DNA of 11,326 bases from a virus. Taxonomy: Duplodnaviria; Heunggongvirae; Uroviricota; Caudoviricetes. Position 1 is the first letter of the stretch. Each line of letters starts with the position of its first letter. Below, one piece after another: positions 6,288 to 11,326 of this stretch. The position numbers and the translations under genes are program-made. The notes below the pieces were generated by a model. That model worked only from the letters and a program-made list of their open reading frames with translations, did not search any database and was not told the DNA's origin. The stretch is taken from positions 1 through 11,326 of IMG/VR virus record IMGVR_UViG_2534681774_000020; one strand, written 5' to 3'.

Positions 6288-6638
6288 ATGCACAATAACG
6301 TTCTCAATGTTAGCCGTTCAATTCAGACAATCAGAGACTGCACCAGTGTGGTGGCATCAATCCCATTGCGAAACAGCATAGACGAACTGCAAATTCGTGT
6401 ATTGAATCCGAATCAGGCTAATAAGCAATTGCGCTTTATTTTGACGCTGAAAAGTGAAACAGAGGGGATAAAGCACAGCGTAAAAGTGTTTTCTGAGGCC
6501 ATTCTGCTTAATGGGAAGCTCCGGCATCTGATAAGGCCAGAACGTCAATATCCTGACGTCCTGGCGCGTGAAAAAGACCTTCTTTCTGAAGTTCAGGATA
6601 GGGTGATCGATTTCGTCAAATGCTATCCCCTGCATTGA
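6288..6638 (+). CDS. Hypothetical protein, 116 aa; coding strand uncertain
   Basis: The plus-strand ORF has a purine-rich sense strand and a balanced charged composition. The antisense ORF 6357-6635 is Phe/Tyr/Gln-rich and looks like a shadow frame. Weak Shine-Dalgarno; overlaps the 3' end of the convergent gene at 6623-6907 by 16 bp. Confidence 0.4.
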   Translation: MHNNVLNVSRSIQTIRDCTSVVASIPLRNSIDELQIRVLNPNQANKQLRFILTLKSETEGIKHSVKVFSEAILLNGKLRHLIRPERQYPDVLAREKDLLSEVQDRVIDFVKCYPLH

Positions 6639-6907
6639 GGGCAGGTGTTCCCTTCCGCAAAGTAGGGAAAACTGCTATCAAGTTCATCACACCATCTGCG
6701 ATGGTCGTAGCACCAAAACGCCTCCCACGGTGCACGGAAATACTTCATCCACCAGGACACTCGATCAGGTATATCTGCTGGTGGCAGTTCTTCTGGCAAT
6801 AATTTGCCTGATAATTCCCTTTCCGCCCGCGACAGCATTTTTTTGAGGCTCGCGTTCTCTTTTTCAAGCTCATCTACGCGCACCTGTAATTCAGCTTTCG
6901 TTGGCAT
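6623..6907 (-). CDS. Hypothetical protein, about 94 aa: N-terminal coiled-coil-like segment and C-terminal Cys/His cluster (CYDHRRWC...CPQC)
   Basis: Internal ATG at 6905-6907 preceded by GAGG (5 nt); overlaps the end of the 538-aa gene by 17 nt, consistent with coupling. The longer ORF-track version (from 6988) would lie entirely inside the upstream gene in another frame. Confidence 0.5.
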   Translation of the reverse strand: MPTKAELQVRVDELEKENASLKKMLSRAERELSGKLLPEELPPADIPDRVSWWMKYFRAPWEAFWCYDHRRWCDELDSSFPYFAEGNTCPQCRG

Positions 6908-8507
6908 GGTCCGCCTCATGCTTTTCAGCCACCAGCGGCAATAAAGCCCTGGCCATCTTATGAACCAATAGTGCATCAATAATGCCAAGCGTATGCCCCG
7001 GCTTAATGTTTAATGCCGCCTCAAGGTGACACCTTTCCAGGCCACTTTTCTCGGCTTGTTTATGATGATCTGGTGTAATAACGTCGCCCAAAACACGGCT
7101 AATTCTTTCTCGTAATTGCTGGGTGCCAGCACACTTGATCGCTGTATCGTGGAGACGGTTAACCAGTTCGCGATAAACATGCGGCTTAATTCGGATACGT
7201 TCACCGGTGACGCCCTTTCCTGGTGCTGGCACCGAACTATCCGGAATATCCGGATAGTTGCCTGCCAGTCTACGCAAAACGGCCTTAACAGCCTCAATAC
7301 GGTCATCATCGCAATTTTCCAGCGTATCTATGCGATCGAGCATGATGATGGCGTTATCAATATCAGGATTGCCGGTCCACTCATTACCGCGATTGGATTC
7401 GGCAGCCTGGTTGCCGCGTACTGGTTGATTATCGGCTTTACCCAGTCTGTCGTTGCTGCATGAATGCCCTTCCAGCAAGGCCAATGCTTGTCGCATGAAA
7501 TACGCAATATGTTTGCCGTGGTAATCGTCTTCATCGATGTGAAAAGCGATACTGCGGATGTATTCAATTGCGTTTTCAATGGCCTCCGGCGTTATCGGCG
7601 CTGACATATTTTGATTTTGGAGTGCCAAGACGCGACTGGCATCCTCAACGTTCTTCACTGCATCTGCGCAGTAGTTATAGCGATTGCATTCCACTAACTT
7701 CTGCTTGAGATTTTCAATTGCTTGCGCGACATCAGCCTGTATTTCCGGAACTGGCGGAACGGCTGTCTGCTGCTCTCGAACGTCATTAGTCGCTATCGGT
7801 TCTGCTGCCAACTGACTGGCATATTTGTTAATGGTAACGATAAGCTCTTGCTCGGCCTCATCCAGACAATCACCGATACCTCGCCTGTCACCGTCAAAAT
7901 CATCGAAATCGGCACGAATCTTGGCAACCTTCTGGATTGCGGACAACACCTCACTAGGAATTACCGGATAGTTGGTTGACGTTTCCGCGATTTCCCGAAA
8001 ATTATTGGTTGACGAATTCTTGTTTTCCCGAAAGTTTCCGGACTGAAGCATGGCGGCGCGGCAGGCGTTCCATATTTCGGCAGCAATATCGCGCTCGCTA
8101 TCGGTTAATTTGTACGTGGAAACATAGCCAGAGAGCATTTCTACGTTTTCCGGAGTTGCTTCTTCCGGCACTACCGGCGCTGGCGGGGCGATGCGTCCAA
8201 GCAACTTATTTACCTCTTTCGCCATCGCGTCATATTTATCTAAATGGCGATTAGCTTCTAAGCAGACTCGGCGCATCTGATCTGAGTTAACTCGTTTAAC
8301 TGGATCTGCTCCCAGTGATGCCAGTGCAATTCGTGCCAGCTCACGCACAACTTCAGGGGGCGCGTGACGGTCATTCAGGTCATCCCACAGACGTAGCATG
8401 TTATCGCTATCAGGGTTAACATCCTCATTAGTTCCGGTCAGCGCACTAATAACCTCATCGGCTGCTTCAATAATTTTCTGCGCCTGTTCTCTGGTAATAG
8501 TGGTCAT
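6891..8507 (-). CDS. Large acidic hypothetical protein, 538 aa, no recognisable catalytic motifs
   Basis: Long clean ORF starting 10 nt after the stop of the 87-aa gene, with GGAG 8 nt before the ATG. Asp/Glu-rich; no Walker A, DEAD/helicase, nuclease or reverse transcriptase motifs seen by eye. Confidence 0.8.
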   Translation of the reverse strand: MTTITREQAQKIIEAADEVISALTGTNEDVNPDSDNMLRLWDDLNDRHAPPEVVRELARIALASLGADPVKRVNSDQMRRVCLEANRHLDKYDAMAKEVNKLLGRIAPPAPVVPEEATPENVEMLSGYVSTYKLTDSERDIAAEIWNACRAAMLQSGNFRENKNSSTNNFREIAETSTNYPVIPSEVLSAIQKVAKIRADFDDFDGDRRGIGDCLDEAEQELIVTINKYASQLAAEPIATNDVREQQTAVPPVPEIQADVAQAIENLKQKLVECNRYNYCADAVKNVEDASRVLALQNQNMSAPITPEAIENAIEYIRSIAFHIDEDDYHGKHIAYFMRQALALLEGHSCSNDRLGKADNQPVRGNQAAESNRGNEWTGNPDIDNAIIMLDRIDTLENCDDDRIEAVKAVLRRLAGNYPDIPDSSVPAPGKGVTGERIRIKPHVYRELVNRLHDTAIKCAGTQQLRERISRVLGDVITPDHHKQAEKSGLERCHLEAALNIKPGHTLGIIDALLVHKMARALLPLVAEKHEADHANES

Positions 8508-8517
8508 GTGTTACTCC

Positions 8518-8781
8518 TTAACCCGCAGTGCTTTCAACTGATGAGGGGAACAAAATCCTTTCATCAAATCCGGCATTCATATCATGGACAGCAACACACC
8601 AATCCATCGACGAACGATTATCAAGAGCCTCCATGATTTCATCCATGCGGCGCAGGTCATACAGGTAAATGCTTTTATCGCCAATGGTGTAAAAACCAAT
8701 TTTTTTCGGTGATGGGCAGCGATCAAGAACGTCCTGTAATTCGTTCAACCATGCCTGTTCTTTTTTTGTCAAAGTTGCCAT
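8518..8781 (-). CDS. Hypothetical protein, 87 aa (MATLTKKEQAWLNELQDVLDRCPSPKK...)
   Basis: ATG at 8779-8781 preceded by AAGGA (7 nt spacer). The ORF-track version extends to a GTG at 8916 with no Shine-Dalgarno and would overlap a better-supported small ORF in another frame. Confidence 0.55.
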   Translation of the reverse strand: MATLTKKEQAWLNELQDVLDRCPSPKKIGFYTIGDKSIYLYDLRRMDEIMEALDNRSSMDWCVAVHDMNAGFDERILFPSSVESTAG

Positions 8782-8795
8782 ATCAGTTTTCCTTA

Positions 8796-8975
8796 TTAAT
8801 GCGACAGTGGTTTTTCCAGCGGTTTTTGCGCCGCGCTGGGCTTTTTGCAAAAACCACAATCCATCATCCCGTAATATTTCATCAACCCCATCCGTCGGTT
8901 GCTGAGTCTCACCCACTGCCAGACGCCAGGAGCGTTTCTACGAACTAACAGAATCTTTGCTTTACGGTTTTTCAT
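8796..8975 (-). CDS. Unannotated small basic protein, 59 aa (MKNRKAKILLVRRNAPGVWQWVRLSNRRMGLMKYYGMMDCGFCKKPSAAQKPLEKPLSH); paralog of the ORF immediately upstream
   Basis: Manual translation. Its ATG overlaps the stop of the upstream 59-aa ORF (ATGA at 8972-8975). It stops 14 nt before the Shine-Dalgarno/ATG of the 87-aa gene. N-terminus is conserved with its neighbour. One residue below the ORF-track cutoff. Confidence 0.35.
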   Translation of the reverse strand: MKNRKAKILLVRRNAPGVWQWVRLSNRRMGLMKYYGMMDCGFCKKPSAAQKPLEKPLSH

Positions 8976-9151
8976 CTTACTGCGTACCCTTTCTTCCGCC
9001 TGTTCTGTGACGCAGTAGGCTTACGCTTTGCGGCAAAAGCCACCTGACCAAATAATGGATGGATTACCGCTATCTTATGGTTGCTAATAACCAGCTCCAC
9101 CACACGCACAGGCCGCTGTAAAAAAAGTCGTTTTGCCTTACGGTTTTTCAT
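8972..9151 (-). CDS. Unannotated small basic protein, 59 aa (MKNRKAKRLFLQRPVRVVELVISNHKIAVIHPLFGQVAFAAKRKPTASQNRRKKGYAVR)
   Basis: Manual translation. AGGAGA Shine-Dalgarno 8 nt upstream of the ATG. Shares the MKNRKAK-[RI]-L-[FL]-[LV]-[QR]-R N-terminus with the downstream paralog; the nucleotide repeat TTACGGTTTTTCATC marks both starts (8961-8975 and 9139-9153). Confidence 0.35.
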   Translation of the reverse strand: MKNRKAKRLFLQRPVRVVELVISNHKIAVIHPLFGQVAFAAKRKPTASQNRRKKGYAVR

Positions 9152-9243
9152 CGCTTTGCTCTCCTGCGTCTCTTTGCTGCTCGTCGTGCCGCTGCAATAC
9201 CGGTATGGCGGCGCTTTGGTGCCGGGATGATGTTGTCAGCCAT
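9148..9243 (-). CDS. Possible arginine-rich micro-ORF, 31 aa (MADNIIPAPKRRHTGIAAARRAAKRRRRAKR)
   Basis: Its stop overlaps the start of the next ORF (ATGA at 9148-9151). No convincing Shine-Dalgarno. Could instead be untranslated leader sequence. Confidence 0.2.
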   Translation of the reverse strand: MADNIIPAPKRRHTGIAAARRAAKRRRRAKR

Positions 9244-9323
9244 CAGGACATGTGGCTTTGCAATTAGCGCAGAAGCCCAAAAACGAGTCGGGTACGGTAA
9301 CAAGCCGATACATGCCACACGCA

Positions 9324-9812
9324 TTACTCACCTCCTTTGATGCGAATGCCTGTTGCAATGCTGTTTATGATGCTGTCAGTGCATGGGGTAGAAAGCTGGG
9401 CATCTCCAGCAATTTTCATGACCTCAACATCTGCATATCGAATACCGAGGTGTATCAGACCGGCTATGCCTGACTTAAGCCGAGCATTTTCCATAAATAG
9501 AACTTTTGCCCGCTGTTTTTCTGCTTCAAGCTCAACGCGCAGCTTCCCTACCGTTAGCGCAATATCCTCGTTCTCCTGATCGCGGCTTTTGATGTATTGC
9601 AGGTTTCTTTCCCGTTCATCCAGCAGTGCCAGCACGGTTTCTGGTCCGGTCAGAAATTTGAAGGCGTTGAGCGCATCAATATCCACACCGTAATCTTTAA
9701 GTTCCTGTTCACTTAACAAGTCATCATCAGCTGGCAACATTAACAGGCGTTCCATTGCTGGAATTGCACGTTCCGCCACCTCACGCAGTGCCTGGTAATT
9801 AATTTCGCTCAC
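9324..9812 (-). CDS. Hypothetical protein, 162 aa, reminiscent of Ead/Ea22-like early-region proteins of lambdoid phages
   Basis: GTG start overlapping the upstream stop (GTGA at 9809-9812). N-terminus MSEINYQALREVAERA... and an ALLDERE coiled-coil segment resemble Ea22-like proteins from memory. Low-confidence family call. Confidence 0.65.
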   Translation of the reverse strand: MSEINYQALREVAERAIPAMERLLMLPADDDLLSEQELKDYGVDIDALNAFKFLTGPETVLALLDERERNLQYIKSRDQENEDIALTVGKLRVELEAEKQRAKVLFMENARLKSGIAGLIHLGIRYADVEVMKIAGDAQLSTPCTDSIINSIATGIRIKGGE

Positions 9813-10315
9813 TGGTTGCCTCCTTTGCGAAGCTGGGCAGCAAAGTCAACTAACCACTCAGTCATTTCAACCTTCCCTACCAGGTCTGAACCAGGGTACA
9901 TACAGCAATCACTCTGCGCCGCTTTGAAATCCTTATACTCATATTCTTGGGCCACCAGATTTTTTGCAGCTTCTATAGCAGCATCCACCCCCTGCGCCCG
10001 GACTTCAGCCAGGAAAGCATCAGTGGTTGGCGTTTCAGGTATCTGTCTCCTCATCCGTTCTATTGCATGATTGAACCCGAAGTCTTCCGCGAGAGATACG
10101 TCATCCATATTGTCATTGTCATCTTCAATATCCCGTGATTCTGGAATTGCAGACTTTATTCCCGCATTCTCCGCTGCCAGCGCCGCGCACTTGGCCTCAA
10201 GAGCGGCAACCACTTCCTGATGGTCTTTGTACTTAACGTATGAGCCGGAGATGTCATCACCTTCGGTGTTTAGCCATGCGTCATTGCAATTCACTGCGTA
10301 GGTTCTGATGCTCAT
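9809..10315 (-). CDS. Hypothetical protein, 168 aa (MSIRTYAVNCNDAWLNTEGDD...), first gene of the coupled minus-strand operon
   Basis: ATG at 10313-10315 preceded by GGGAGAG (7 nt spacer). The ORF-track extension to 10372 reads through into the IS21-family end and lacks a Shine-Dalgarno. Confidence 0.7.
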   Translation of the reverse strand: MSIRTYAVNCNDAWLNTEGDDISGSYVKYKDHQEVVAALEAKCAALAAENAGIKSAIPESRDIEDDNDNMDDVSLAEDFGFNHAIERMRRQIPETPTTDAFLAEVRAQGVDAAIEAAKNLVAQEYEYKDFKAAQSDCCMYPGSDLVGKVEMTEWLVDFAAQLRKGGNQ

Positions 10316-10384
10316 GTTGATGCTCTCCCGCCCCTGACAGACGCCAGGCCAGTCAATAAAGTATCCGCACAATGCCTACCCTCA

Positions 10385-11326
<942 letters not shown>

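Noticed and set aside
6357-6635. Minus-strand 92-aa ORF antisense to the 116-aa plus ORF
   Set aside because: Phe/Tyr/Gln-rich composition typical of the antisense of an A-rich coding strand; kept only as an alternative in the findings.
6623-6988. Long 121-aa version of the operon-terminal gene, starting at 6988
   Set aside because: It would sit entirely inside the 538-aa gene in another frame; the internal ATG at 6907 has a Shine-Dalgarno and gives a sensible coupled gene.
7010-8254. Five ORFs nested in or antisense to the 538-aa gene (7010-7309, 7116-7463, 7328-7579, 7722-7979, 7976-8254)
   Set aside because: Fully contained within one long uninterrupted ORF; no start signals.
8518-8916. 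Long 132-aa version of the 87-aa gene, starting at the GTG at 8916
   Set aside because: No Shine-Dalgarno at the GTG, and the extension overlaps the downstream 59-aa ORF, which has a coupled start; the AAGGA-ATG start at 8781 is favoured.
8917-9323. Possibility that this roughly 400-bp interval is a CRISPR array, retron msr/msd or tRNA
   Set aside because: Only two copies of one 15-bp repeat with unequal spacing and no repeat-spacer periodicity; no reverse transcriptase or cas gene nearby; no cloverleaf-compatible segment. Small coupled ORFs explain the sequence better.
9809-10372. Long 187-aa version of the first operon gene, starting at 10372
   Set aside because: The extra 19 codons read into the IS21-family terminal region and have no Shine-Dalgarno; the ATG at 10315 with GGGAGAG is the likely start.

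Overview
This window reads as a mosaic segment of a P1/D6-like phage-plasmid from Enterobacteriaceae, ending in an IS21-family insertion. All calls are from reading the sequence and from memory of protein families; no alignments or searches were run. From left to right: (1) a partial minus-strand gene that runs off the window start and is missing from the ORF track; (2) an exact rox-type 14-4-14 recombination site at 655-686 with an overlapping promoter, followed by a Cre-family tyrosine recombinase I recognise as Dre (839-1867); (3) a five-gene plus-strand cargo operon (1941-4733) holding a possible winged-helix protein, a dUTPase with all canonical motifs, a protein with a DUF2829 (Tad2-like) C-terminal domain fused to an unknown N-terminal domain, and a protein with a poly-acidic tail, sitting where P1 carries ref/mat and its type III restriction-modification genes; (4) a convergent phd-doc toxin-antitoxin module with its palindromic operator, and humD (UmuD'-like) behind a LexA box; (5) a long, translationally coupled minus-strand operon (10315 down to 6623) with two Ea22-like early-region-type proteins, a 538-aa acidic protein of unknown function, small partners, and three unannotated small basic ORFs, two of them tandem 59-aa paralogs just under the ORF-track cutoff; (6) IS21-family istA (partial) and istB, with the element end about 21 bp upstream of the operon's first gene. 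The best candidates for an undescribed system are the dre-proximal cargo operon (likely anti-defence or defence cargo) and the coupled minus-strand operon with its small basic ORFs.
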